64,000 nucleotides of DNA from an uncultured bacterium (GTDB taxonomy: Bacteria; Krumholzibacteriota; Krumholzibacteriia; Krumholzibacteriales; Krumholzibacteriaceae): the NCBI GenBank assembly GCA_963786935.1, contig CAWBAN010000001.1, forward strand, positions 864,001 to 928,000. Reading direction: 5' to 3'. The position numbers and the translations under genes are program-made. The notes under the pieces are model-generated. The model had not been told where the DNA came from. It saw nothing but the letters and a program-made list of their open reading frames with translations, and made no database searches. Positions 52,450 through 62,773 of the stretch are shown one piece after another; within the stretch, counting starts at the first letter, position 1, and each line of letters opens with the position of its first letter.

Positions 52450-53394
52450 ATGAATGCGACAATCTCCCGGATCCGACATCGAGGAATAAGCGCGCTCCTT
52501 TTGCCGCTGCTCGTTACCACGCTCCCCCCCGCCTCGGGCTGCGTCCCCTCCTCCTACCAAGGGGAGCAGGAGCTGGCCGACGAGATCGGCGACGTCGAAT
52601 ATCTCGAGGGCTACGGCGAGTGGTTCGAGGCTCCTCCCTACGGCATGGTGTGGCAGCCGTTCGTCGTATCGGACTGGGCGCCGTTTTCGCACGGGCATTG
52701 GCTCTGGACGGCGGACGGATGGGCGTGGGTGTCCTACGAGCCGTTCGGATGGCTCGTGTACCATTACGGCTTCTGGGATTTTCGCCCGGATATCGGCTGG
52801 TTCTGGATCCCGGGCGACGCATGGTCCCCCGCCCAGGTCGAATGGTACACGTTCGACGAATACGCCGCCTGGGCGCCGCTCCCGCCCCCCGACGTGTACT
52901 GGCCCGCGCCCTGGGAGCCTTACGATACCCCTGTTTGGATCGTTGTCGGGATCGATGAGTTCACCGACGACGACGTCGGCAGCCGCCGCATCGCCGATCG
53001 TCTCCCGCGCGAGCTCGCCAAGCGCGGCACGAGCCGCGAACAGCCGCCCGACATTCGCGTCATCAGGGAGCGCGAGAACCGGCGGTTGGAACCCGTGCCG
53101 ATCCGCAGGGAGCCCGTCGTAATCAGGCCGCAGCGCCCCGCCGCCCCGGAGCGGGCAAGCGCCCCCGCCGATTCGAGCCTCGAACGGATGATTCTCCCGC
53201 GGGAGGACGAGCGCAAGGTGGACAAATACGCGCCCGATATCCGGAGGGATGTCCTCACGCCGCGAAAACCGGCGCAGCCGCCGGAGCAGGGACCCGCTCC
53301 TCCGCCCGAGCGCAGATCCTCACCCCCGCCGGAGCAGAAGCCGCCCGAGAAAAAAGCGCCCGAGGACAGTGTGCGGACACTGAAGCGGCGTTGA
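52450..53394 (+). CDS. Trp/Pro-rich lipoprotein (DUF6600-like)
   Basis: Lipobox ASGC, L..YG.W...YG.VW.P, WVSYEPFGW..YHYG.W, Pro-rich tail; GGAGG RBS. Confidence 0.7.
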   Translation: MNATISRIRHRGISALLLPLLVTTLPPASGCVPSSYQGEQELADEIGDVEYLEGYGEWFEAPPYGMVWQPFVVSDWAPFSHGHWLWTADGWAWVSYEPFGWLVYHYGFWDFRPDIGWFWIPGDAWSPAQVEWYTFDEYAAWAPLPPPDVYWPAPWEPYDTPVWIVVGIDEFTDDDVGSRRIADRLPRELAKRGTSREQPPDIRVIRERENRRLEPVPIRREPVVIRPQRPAAPERASAPADSSLERMILPREDERKVDKYAPDIRRDVLTPRKPAQPPEQGPAPPPERRSSPPPEQKPPEKKAPEDSVRTLKRR

Positions 53395-53493
53395 TTCGGC
53401 CCGCATTTTGCTCTTTTTCGCGTATCGGAATTCTCGTATACTCCGACTTCGATTCATGATGCCCCCGCTTCCCGCCTGGAGAGAAGGCCGACC

Positions 53494-54492
53494 ATGGAAT
53501 GCGCCGTCATAACGACCTACCGGTGCAACGCGCGATGCCGCATGTGCGAGGCGTGGCGCAATCCGAGCCCCTCGTCCGAAGAGTTCGATCCGGAAATCCT
53601 GCGCAAGATACCCGGCGGGATGAAACGCCTCAATATCACCGGGGGCGAGCCGCTCCTTCGCCGGGATATCGCGCGCATCGTCGAGATCCTCGACGCGAAA
53701 ACGAAGCGCCTCGAGATCAGCACGAACGGCTATTTCTGCGACCGGCTCGAGGAGATCGCGCGGAAATTCCCCCGGCTCACGGTCCGCATCAGCGTCGAGG
53801 GGCTGCCGGCGACCAACGACGCGCTCCGCGGCATCCCGGACGGCTTCGACCACGCGATGCGGTCCCTCCTGCGTCTCAAGCGCCTCGGGCTCGATGACAT
53901 CGGTTTCGCCATGACGATCTCCGGGGAGAACTGCCGTGATCTGCTCGACGTATACACCCTCGCCGCGTCGATGGACGTCGAGCTCGCCAACGCCGTCGTC
54001 CACAACTCGTTTTATTTTTTCAAGAGCGACAACGCGATCACGAACGCCGGCGAAGTCGACGAGGCGATGTGCCGGTTCATCGAGGCGCTGCTGCGCTCCC
54101 CGCGCGGCAACCCCCGGAAACGGGTCAAGGATTGGTTCCGGGCGTACCTGAACCTCGGGCTCCTCGCGCACGTGCGCGGCCAGCGCCGCCCCATCCCCTG
54201 CGGGGCCGGCACAGACACCTTTTTCATCGACCCGTGGGGCCGCGTTCTCGCGTGCAACGGATCGGCTGAGCCGTGGATCATGGGGGACCTGCGGACGCAA
54301 TCGTTCGACGAAATCTGGAACGGGGCGAAGGCAGCCGAGATACGAGCGCTCGTCGCCTCCTGCGGCAGGAACTGCTGGATGACCGGCACGGCGGTGCCGG
54401 CGATGCGCCGCGCGCCGCTCAAGCCGGCGCTCTGGGTGATGAAGAACAAGCTCCGCATCCTCCGGGGCAAACCGACGACGTGCTCGGCGTGA
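53494..54492 (+). CDS. Radical SAM protein with SPASM/twitch domain
   Basis: CNARCRMC, TGGEP, CGAG...IDPWG.V..C, CGRNC. Confidence 0.9.
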   Translation: MECAVITTYRCNARCRMCEAWRNPSPSSEEFDPEILRKIPGGMKRLNITGGEPLLRRDIARIVEILDAKTKRLEISTNGYFCDRLEEIARKFPRLTVRISVEGLPATNDALRGIPDGFDHAMRSLLRLKRLGLDDIGFAMTISGENCRDLLDVYTLAASMDVELANAVVHNSFYFFKSDNAITNAGEVDEAMCRFIEALLRSPRGNPRKRVKDWFRAYLNLGLLAHVRGQRRPIPCGAGTDTFFIDPWGRVLACNGSAEPWIMGDLRTQSFDEIWNGAKAAEIRALVASCGRNCWMTGTAVPAMRRAPLKPALWVMKNKLRILRGKPTTCSA

Positions 54493-54509
54493 GCGCGGGG
54501 GCTCCATCG

Positions 54510-55607
54510 ATGAATATCGCGATTCTGGGAATAAAAGGCGTTCCGGGGCACCACGGCGTCGAGGTCGTCGTCGACTCGCTCCTCCCCCATCTCTCGGCGC
54601 TCGGCCACCGGATCACCGTCTACGGGTACGACAGCTACACGAAGCCGGCCGACGACTATCGCGGCGCGCGCATCCGCACCGTCGGGGGGAGCGAGCGGAA
54701 GAACCTCGAGATGATCTCGCACATGTGGAACGCCGCGATCGCCGCGAGGCGCGAGCGCTTCGACATCGTGCACATTCACAGCACCGATCCCTGCCTGCTC
54801 GCCTGGCTCCCGCGCCCCCGGCACGGCGTCGTCGCCACCTCGCACGGCCAGGCCTACCTGCGGAAGAAATGGGGACTGGCGGCGAAGGCGATGTCGAAAA
54901 CCGCGGAGCGGATGTTCATCCGATATCCGAAGGCCGTCACGTGCGTGTCGAAGCCGCTCTGCGACTACTACCGCTCGCGGTACGGGAGGGACGTGGAGTA
55001 TATTCCGAACGGCATATCGTTCCGGGACAAGCCCGAGGCGAGCTGGCTGCGGAAATGGAATCTTCCCCCCGGGGGCTACCTGTTCTCCTCGGCCGGACGC
55101 ATCGAGCGGACGAAGGGGCTCACGACGCTGATCGAGGCGTACCGGCTCCTCGGCACGGAGCTTCCGCTCGCCATCGCCGGCGGCGGGAGCGCCACCGACA
55201 CCTCGTACTTCGAGGAGCTCAAGGCCTCCGCGCCCCCCGGCGTCGTCTTCGTCGGTTTTCTCGAGGGGGACGAGTACTATTCCCTTTACGCCCACGCCCG
55301 CGTGTTCATCTTCCCGTCCGAGTACGAGGCGATGTCCATGACGCTCCTCGAAGGGCTGTCGTTCGGGGTTCCGACGGTGTACAGCGACATCCCCGAGAAC
55401 GAGGCGGTCGCGCGCGGGCTCGGGATACCGTTCAGCGTCTCGGACGCCGCCGCCCTCGCCGCCGGGGTGCGGCGCGCGCTCGACGGCCGCGTGGAAGCCG
55501 AGGCCCTCGCGGCGAAGGCGCGCGAGACCGTCCGGCGCCATCACGACTGGTCGGTCATCGCCCGTCAGTACGACGAGATTTACCGGAGAATCACTTCCCG
55601 TTCCTGA
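54510..55607 (+). CDS. GT4-family glycosyltransferase
   Basis: G.KG.P..GVE, IPNG, GRI..KG, PSEYE.....LLE. Confidence 0.9.
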   Translation: MNIAILGIKGVPGHHGVEVVVDSLLPHLSALGHRITVYGYDSYTKPADDYRGARIRTVGGSERKNLEMISHMWNAAIAARRERFDIVHIHSTDPCLLAWLPRPRHGVVATSHGQAYLRKKWGLAAKAMSKTAERMFIRYPKAVTCVSKPLCDYYRSRYGRDVEYIPNGISFRDKPEASWLRKWNLPPGGYLFSSAGRIERTKGLTTLIEAYRLLGTELPLAIAGGGSATDTSYFEELKASAPPGVVFVGFLEGDEYYSLYAHARVFIFPSEYEAMSMTLLEGLSFGVPTVYSDIPENEAVARGLGIPFSVSDAAALAAGVRRALDGRVEAEALAAKARETVRRHHDWSVIARQYDEIYRRITSRS

Positions 55608-56133
55608 AGACGCAGATGTCGCTCACCGCGCGGCGCTCCTTCGGCTCGGGCTCCGAGGCCGGAAAGCCGACGCTGATGAGCGCGGGAACGTCCCACCCCC
55701 GCGGGATGTCGAGAAGACGGCGCGCCGCCTTCTTGTCGAACCATCCGATCCAGCACGTGCCGAGGCCGAGCTCGGCGGCCCGCAGCACGAAATGCTCGCC
55801 CGCGATCCCCGCGTCGATGAGATGGTAGTCGATCCCCTTGATTCCGGCGCCGAGACGATGCGTCACGACGCCGAGCTTCATCGCGAGCGCGACGATAACG
55901 GGAGCTTCGCCGGCGAATCGGTTCGGCACGATCGCTCCCCCCATCGCCTCCTTCGCCAGACGGTCCTTGAGCGCCCCCTCGGCGACGAAGAAGCGCCACC
56001 CCTGCGTGTTCGACGCGCTCGGCGCGAATCGTGCCGCGTCGACGCAGGATTCGATCATCTCCCGCGGCACCGGATCGGGCCGGTAGCCCCGGATGCTGCG
56101 CCGCTTCCGCACGAGGTCCAGAAATCCGCTCAT
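55591..56133 (-). CDS. Nitroreductase family protein
   Basis: RRSIR.Y, APSASNTQ.W, GLGTCWIG. Confidence 0.9.
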   Translation of the reverse strand: MSGFLDLVRKRRSIRGYRPDPVPREMIESCVDAARFAPSASNTQGWRFFVAEGALKDRLAKEAMGGAIVPNRFAGEAPVIVALAMKLGVVTHRLGAGIKGIDYHLIDAGIAGEHFVLRAAELGLGTCWIGWFDKKAARRLLDIPRGWDVPALISVGFPASEPEPKERRAVSDICVFRNGK

Positions 56134-56789
56134 TTCGCCCTCAACCCGGAGATCAATCCGTCCGCCTCCGTCACGAACGCGAATCCGAACGCGAGATTGA
56201 GGAGGCTCGCGCGATGCATCTCCTCGGTGACGCTCGCCGTGCCGTCGGCCGGGATGAATACGCGGAAGTCGCGATAATACGCGTCGCGCGCGGTAGACTC
56301 GACGCACATGTTCGTCATGATCCCGGCGATGACGAGGTCCTCGATCCCGAGGCATCGCAGAACGATCTCGAGATCCGTACCGAAGAAGGCCGAGTAGCGG
56401 TGCTTCTCGACGACCTTCTCCCCCGCCCGCGGCGCGATCGCCCGGTGAATCTCGCTTTCGCTGCTTCCCTCCACGCACATCCCCTTCCACCACCATCCCA
56501 TGATTCCGCTGTCCAAATTGCCGGGATGATGCACGTGTTTCGTGAAGATGACCGGCCGGCCGCACTCCCTGAAGGCGTCGATCATCCCCCGCACCGTCGG
56601 GACGATCGCGGGACCGCCGCACGTGAACGTCGGCGAAGCGGGATCGAGAAAGAACTCCTGCATGTCGACGACCAGCAGCGCGCTCGCCGGGACGTCGAGC
56701 CGCATCTCGTGCTGATTGAACGCCGCGATGTCGCGAAGCCATCCTTCGGTTTTCCCCGCGAGCGTCTCGATGGTCACATACGCATCCAC
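56130..56789 (-). CDS. Isochorismatase-family cysteine hydrolase
   Basis: LLVVDMQ, EKHRYSAF, TNMCVEST triad. Confidence 0.9.
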   Translation of the reverse strand: MDAYVTIETLAGKTEGWLRDIAAFNQHEMRLDVPASALLVVDMQEFFLDPASPTFTCGGPAIVPTVRGMIDAFRECGRPVIFTKHVHHPGNLDSGIMGWWWKGMCVEGSSESEIHRAIAPRAGEKVVEKHRYSAFFGTDLEIVLRCLGIEDLVIAGIMTNMCVESTARDAYYRDFRVFIPADGTASVTEEMHRASLLNLAFGFAFVTEADGLISGLRAK

Positions 56790-56856
56790 GCGCGAACCTC
56801 CCCGCGGCGACCCCGCCGCAATCCGCCGAACGGCCGGCGGCGCGACGCATGTGTCG

Positions 56857-58266
56857 TCACCCCGGAAATACCGAGCCCCGCTTGCCGGCGAAACCGTCTT
56901 TCCCGGCCAGCAGCAGCGCCCCGGAGGGAATCGCCTCGGCGGCGAGCCGGCACATCTCGTCGGAGACGTCGCGGATCTCCCACTGGGCGGCGAGATCGCT
57001 CCGCAGCCGTGAAAAATGATACAGCTCGCGAAGATCGAGGCAGAAGAGCACGCGCCGCCGGTGCGCGTTCAGGAGGACGTATTCGGCAGCCCGACCGAGC
57101 TTCGGCCCGCGCAGCCGGTAAAACGCGGCCGCCCGTTTCGCCGCCTCCCGCAGGAGCGCCGTCTGCCGGGCCTTCCGGAACGTCGGGGGCACGGATATGC
57201 CGAGACGCGGATCGTACGGCTGGGCCAGAAGCGTGGCGATCCGGTGACGCTTGAGCTGCGCGTAGCATGACGCCGACAGGACGATCTCGAAGGAGAGATG
57301 GATCGTCTCGAACTCGCGCCAGACCGAATCGTGGCGCCCGAGACGCTTCAACGCCTCGCGGATGATCCGCGCCCTTCCCCTCGCGCCGAGCCGCGCGGCG
57401 GAAGACGCGGCATCCCGCATCGAGCCGCCGCTCGCGGAGAAGATGATGCTCGCGGCGAGCCGCTCGTCCGCGTCCGGCGTGACGTCGACGAGCCGGACCA
57501 GGGCACCTCCCGTTCCCACGCCCGCCCGCCGGGGCGGGACCATGGCCGCGATGTCCCGCATGGCAACGGGCATCTCGCGGTGATGCGCCCCCGGTTCGGT
57601 GTACCGGATCAGCGAAGGCATCAATCCCTTCGTCGCGCGATACATCCTGCGGGAAAGCTCGCGAAGCTCGCGCAGCGGATGCCCGGCGAGCCGCCTGATG
57701 ATGTATTCGAGCTCGCGCGCGTTCACCGTCATGCCGAGCTGCGTCGAGGTCGCGAGCGGCATGAGATAACGCGCGTCCTCCTTGGCCGATCCCGGATCAT
57801 CGCCGCACGCCTCGATGCGCCGGCAGGCCGTCTCGTACGCCGCGTGGAGCCCGCCGACGAGGGAGCCGAACTCCCGGTCGAATCCGGCCTCCGCGATTTC
57901 CGGCGGGACGACGGTGTCGCGCCCGAGTCGGATGTAGCGCTGGGATTTTTCCGTGTACGAGGCGAGGCGGAAGCGCTCGAGCTCCTCGACGGCGAGCCGC
58001 GACAGCCCCGTCAGATCGAGATTGACGACGGCGTGCTCCGCCACCGACGCGTGCCCGAGCCCGAAGACGATGCGCTCGTTCGATTTCCGCGCCTTCTCGA
58101 CGGCGCCGCGCGCGTCCTTCCGGAGGGCCGCCACGTTTCTCGGATCCCTGCTGATGCGGGCGTACGCGGCGGATATGACCTCGGGGGTCACCGCCTCGCC
58201 GAAGCGCCGCCGCGTCTCATCGAGGAGCGCGGCTTCCACGTTGAATCCCGCGAGCGTCACTTTCAT
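56857..58266 (-). CDS. thyX: FAD-dependent thymidylate synthase, tandem two-domain form
   Basis: GHASVAEH, RFRLASYTEKSQRY, EDARY; second domain QLKRHR, AQWEIR. Confidence 0.85.
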   Translation of the reverse strand: MKVTLAGFNVEAALLDETRRRFGEAVTPEVISAAYARISRDPRNVAALRKDARGAVEKARKSNERIVFGLGHASVAEHAVVNLDLTGLSRLAVEELERFRLASYTEKSQRYIRLGRDTVVPPEIAEAGFDREFGSLVGGLHAAYETACRRIEACGDDPGSAKEDARYLMPLATSTQLGMTVNARELEYIIRRLAGHPLRELRELSRRMYRATKGLMPSLIRYTEPGAHHREMPVAMRDIAAMVPPRRAGVGTGGALVRLVDVTPDADERLAASIIFSASGGSMRDAASSAARLGARGRARIIREALKRLGRHDSVWREFETIHLSFEIVLSASCYAQLKRHRIATLLAQPYDPRLGISVPPTFRKARQTALLREAAKRAAAFYRLRGPKLGRAAEYVLLNAHRRRVLFCLDLRELYHFSRLRSDLAAQWEIRDVSDEMCRLAAEAIPSGALLLAGKDGFAGKRGSVFPG

Positions 58267-58285
58267 AACGGCGGCCCCTCCCGCC

Positions 58286-61200
58286 TCAGAAGCCGAACAG
58301 GACGCTTCCGTAGAATCGCCAGTCGTTCTTTTCGTATGCCGTTATCGATCCCCCGAACGGAGCCTTGTATATGACGTCGTTGAGGCTGTACGCCGCCTCG
58401 AACGACGCGGCGATCGGGTAGCTGAAAAAGGTGAATCCCTTGAGCCGCAGATCGAATCCGACGTCTTTCTGATTTCCGTTCAAATCGAACTCGTTCGAGG
58501 TCCACGCCTTGCCGGCCTCGGCGAAAACGGCCGCGTAGAGGGAGCCGAGATAGAGGACGGACGCCCGACGATTGATGCTCCGCCAGAGGGGAAACCGATA
58601 GGTCAGCCGTCCGATCGCCATCCTCGTCCCGCCGAGGCTGTAATACGAATATCCCCGCAGACCGTCCCGTCCCCCCATGTACAGATAGAAGAAATCGTCG
58701 ATGGTGTTCCGGTCGATCATGCCCCCGCGGGCCTGGAGCGAGAGCGCGTGGCGTCCGAACGGGATCGGGATATGCTCCTCGTAGAGAAACAGGTACCTGC
58801 CGAAGTTGTTCTCGTCGTAGACCGGCCTGAAAAGACCCTCCTCGAACTCCCCCGAGTGGAGCTTGTCGAAGGCCTTCGTGACCTCCACGTCGACCGCTCT
58901 TCCGCTTCGCGGGTTGATGTCCCCGTCGACCTCCTCGCGGACGCTCTTGTAGTGCCACAGGAGCGATATCTCGTCGGCGACGTAGTAGGTCCAGCCGATC
59001 TCCCCTTTGAACTCCCGCTGCGCGGCGAGCTCCCACACCTCTATATTGACGCCGTACTCGCCGTGGTTGTACTGCAGAACGGCTTCGTTCCTGCCGAACG
59101 GCGTCGTCGGCCGGAACTCCATCTTCGCCGTGAAGAAGGCGTCCCAGAGATCGTACCGCACCTGCAGATCGCATATTTCGTCCCCGGGATTATCCGGATT
59201 CACATCGAGCGAATCCCAATAGCCGTACAAGGTGCGGCTGCGATAAACCTCGAAACCCAGCGTCGGTTTGAACTGCCTCGTCTCGGCGGACAGATTGAGA
59301 TCGAACTCGCCGTTGGCGGCCACCGATCCCCCGGCGAACACGCTCTGGCGCCCGAGAAAATCGCCGGTATCGAGAAAGAGGCCGATGCGCGTCTTTCCCT
59401 GATAGATGAGAAACCGCGGATATATGAACATCTTCGTGTACTCGATGCCGAATTTCTTCTTCTCGGCCGCGCTCGCCGCGCCGGCGCTTCCGCCTGTCGG
59501 AGGAGCGGCGATCGACATCCGCCGCGCCGCGAGGCCCGCGTCGTCGAGCGACCCATCGACGGGGACCGCGCCCGCCTCCCAACCGCGCACCGCGTAAATC
59601 TCGAATCCCGCGGCGCCGTAGCCGACGTACAGCAGGTCCGTCCCCGCGGGGCACGGCGAGAAGGCGCCGCCCAGCACATTCGTCACCTGCACGTCGTCCG
59701 GCCGCCCCATCCGGCGGTAATAGACGTTGAATATCCCCGTGCGGTCGCTCGCGTAGAAAAAGCCCGCCCCGTCGGCGCTCCACCGGGGATCCCGTTCGTC
59801 GGCGTCCGTCGCGACGACCGCCGTCTCGGCCCCCGTCGCCGGATCGACGAGAACGATATCCCTGCTCGTTCCCTCGAATCTCGTCGCGAGGATCCCGCCG
59901 GCTCCCCACGACAATCCCATATACTCGCGGCCGCTCACCGCGGGAGTCATGATCGTATGCCGGCCGCCGGACGCTTCCACGATCGCGATTCGCCCCCCGC
60001 CCCCACCGTTCACGACACAGGCGATCCGCGTCCCGTCGGGCGACCACGAGGGATTCGACGCGCGCAGCCCCCGCGTCAAACGCTCTTCCTTCTTCGACGC
60101 GATCGAATAGACGTACAGATCGCCCCGCAGGTAGCCGTGTTCGTTCGAGTGCGTCTTTCTCGCGAAACAGATGCGCCCGCCGTCGGGCGAGACGTCGAAC
60201 CGCGATTCCACGTCCGGCACGATCGTCCGCTCCTTGCCCGCGCCGTCCCCCATCACGAGATCGAGATCGGAATAATCCCGCCCCCTGTTGGAAAGGAAGA
60301 AGCACGTCCCCGGCTCCCGCCCCGGAACGGGAAACTGGTTCATGAAACCCTTCCCGGCGATCCGCTCTCCGGCCGCCTCGCGGGCCTTCACGCGCGAAAC
60401 GACCGGCTCGTACGCCGCCGCGAGATCCTCCCACCACAGGCGATAGAGCTCGTCGCCGCTCACGCCGAGCGCCTTCCGGGACGCCCCGCCGACGCTCCAC
60501 GTCCTGAGCGAAGAAAACGCCAGGGCAAGCTCCCGCAGCTTGTCGGGGCCGAACCGCCGGGCCACGAAGCCGGCGAGAGAGAACCCTGGTTGTATACCAT
60601 CTCGGAGAACCGGCTGTCCTTCCCGAAAACGCCCATATCGTCGAGCGTGAGGAGATTTCCGCTGACGAAGGCCGTCCTGAGCATCATATCGCGATGGGAA
60701 TCCCACATATCGCCCCGCGCGCCGGACACCTGATACTGCGCCATCCCCTCGGCGAACCACGAGGGGAGGATCTCTCCCGGGACCGGAACGGACACCTGGA
60801 GATTCGGATAGCCGTAGATGACGTCGGGGCGTTTTTCCTTCTCGAAATTGATCGCCTGCAGGTAGACCGCCGGGAGCCGCCGCGGATATTTGAACGAGCT
60901 CTGGACCGAAATCATGTGCGTGAACTCGTGGGTGATGACGTTCGAGAGCCACGCCGCCGAGCCGCGGAACCAGAAATCATAGGGGGTGACGGTGATATCG
61001 ATGCGGTTGACGTAGTAATACGTGGATCCCTGCGATTCGTCCTCCACGTCCGAGAAGTTGATGTAGATCTTCCCGTCGGGCCGGTGAGCGTACATCTCGG
61101 TGATCGGTCCGTAGATGCTCTCGGCCACGACCGCCGCCTGCGCGGCGTACGCCTCGAGCCCCTCGTGATACTGAATGGAGAAATGCTCCGTCGTGATCGT

Positions 61201-61293
61201 GAACCACTTTATTTCCGATTGATTCCAGGCGGCCGACGGCGACGGGACAAGCGCCAGGGTGATCATCGCGGCGCAGATCAGCAATCTCTTCAA
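58286..61293 (-). CDS. HEXXH peptidase + PD40 propeller + Omp85-like barrel protein; one base missing near 60585
   Basis: Signal peptide, HEFTH, PSWFAEG; P.WSPDG repeats; GGRDGLRGY; C-terminal FGF. Two ORF-track frames join at NQG/FSLAGF. Confidence 0.8.
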
Positions 61294-61442
61294 GGCGGGA
61301 GCCCCTTTCGGCCAGGGGAGGGTTCGTCTCTCTTCACGCATTTCAGGGGCTTTTCTTGAACGCTCGCCCAAATATGCGAAATAGACCGGGGGAATGCTAC
61401 GAAAAACCGAGGCGCGAGGTCAACAGCTATCGCCGCCGGGCG

Positions 61443-62540
61443 TTACGCCGGCCGGTATTCGAAACGAGCCCGGCACGTCCCCTCGCTCGAAACCATGCAC
61501 GGCCCGTACGGATTTCGCGGCGTGCAATCCCCGCCGAACAGCGGGCACGTCTCCGGCTCTGCCTCACCGAGAATCACGAGATGGCAGCGGCAGCCCGGCC
61601 GGACGTCCACCGCCGCCGGCGGCTCGGGAAGATCGAGCCGGACGGCCGCGTCGAGCATCCGGTATTTCTCGCGCAGAACGAGGCCGGATCTCGGAACCGT
61701 TCCGATGCCCCGCCAGGGGACGTCCGCCTCCTCGAATAACCGGGCGATCGCCTGCCGCGCGCGCTCGTTTCCGTCCTCCCGCACCACGCGCCGGTACTGA
61801 TTCTCCACCGTCCCCTTTCCTCCCCCCGTGGCCTGGGCGAGCAGCTCCCGAATCGCCCGCATCACGTCGATCGCCTCGAAGCCCGCGATGACCGACGGGA
61901 TGCCGAACTCCTCCTCGAGGAACGCGTAGCCGGAGCGGCCGATGATCGCGCTCACGTGTCCCGGAAGGATGAACCCGTCGATCATTCCGGCGCTTCGGCC
62001 GATGAGGAACCGCAGGGCGGGAGGCACCAGGCGCAGGGAGGGAACGATCGAGAAGTTCCGCGGCGGGTCGTCGGCGAGGGTGGCGGCGATCGGCGCCGCC
62101 GTCGTCTCGAAGCCGACCGCCATGAAAACGACCTGCTTGCCGGGATTGAGGCGCGCGAGACGAACCGCGTCGATGGGCGAATACACGACGCGGACGTCGC
62201 ACCCCTCAGCCTTCGCGCGCTCGAGGGAGCTCTCCGAGGACGGCACGCGGACCATGTCGCCGAACGTCGCGATCACGACGTCTTTCCGGCGGCCGGCCGC
62301 GAGCGCCCGGTCGATGTCGCGCGCGGGGCACACGCACACGGGGCATCCGGGTCCGGCGACGAGCCGCACGCCCGCGGGCAGGAGCGCGCGCAGTGACGCG
62401 CGGCCGATCGTGTGCTCGTGCGTGCCGCAGACATGCATGAACACGAGCGGCCGCGGGATGCGCACACCGCGGATATCGCTCGCGAGCGCCCGAACGAGGG
62501 CGGGATCGCGATAATCGCCGATGGCGTCGTCGCCGGTCAC
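61443..62540 (-). CDS. hypD: Hydrogenase maturation protein HypD
   Basis: CGTH, GPGCPVC, GFETT, PGHVS, GPCMVSSEG.C. Confidence 0.96.
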   Translation of the reverse strand: MTGDDAIGDYRDPALVRALASDIRGVRIPRPLVFMHVCGTHEHTIGRASLRALLPAGVRLVAGPGCPVCVCPARDIDRALAAGRRKDVVIATFGDMVRVPSSESSLERAKAEGCDVRVVYSPIDAVRLARLNPGKQVVFMAVGFETTAAPIAATLADDPPRNFSIVPSLRLVPPALRFLIGRSAGMIDGFILPGHVSAIIGRSGYAFLEEEFGIPSVIAGFEAIDVMRAIRELLAQATGGGKGTVENQYRRVVREDGNERARQAIARLFEEADVPWRGIGTVPRSGLVLREKYRMLDAAVRLDLPEPPAAVDVRPGCRCHLVILGEAEPETCPLFGGDCTPRNPYGPCMVSSEGTCRARFEYRPA

Positions 62541-62773
62541 GAGTCCGTCTCCCCCATTCCGGCCCGGTATACCTGCCGGAGGAGCTCCAGCGTTTCGAGC
62601 GCCTCCTCCGTGTCGAGCTTTTCGATGGCGTATCCCGCATGTATGAGAACGTAGTCGCCGACCGATACCGTTTCGAGAAGATCGAGCCGGATGCTCTTGC
62701 GCACGCCGGCGCTCTCGGCGACCGCGTCGTTGCCGTCGCGTTCAACGATCAGCATCGGAATGCCCAGGCACAT
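62537..62773 (-). CDS. hypC: Hydrogenase chaperone HypC
   Basis: MCLGIP...VGDYVLIHAGYAI...EA.ETL. Confidence 0.95.
   Translation of the reverse strand: MCLGIPMLIVERDGNDAVAESAGVRKSIRLDLLETVSVGDYVLIHAGYAIEKLDTEEALETLELLRQVYRAGMGETDS

Noticed and set aside
45002..56000. Genomic island at tRNA-Leu
   Set aside because: No integrase, no duplicated tRNA 3' end noticed, and no evident composition shift.
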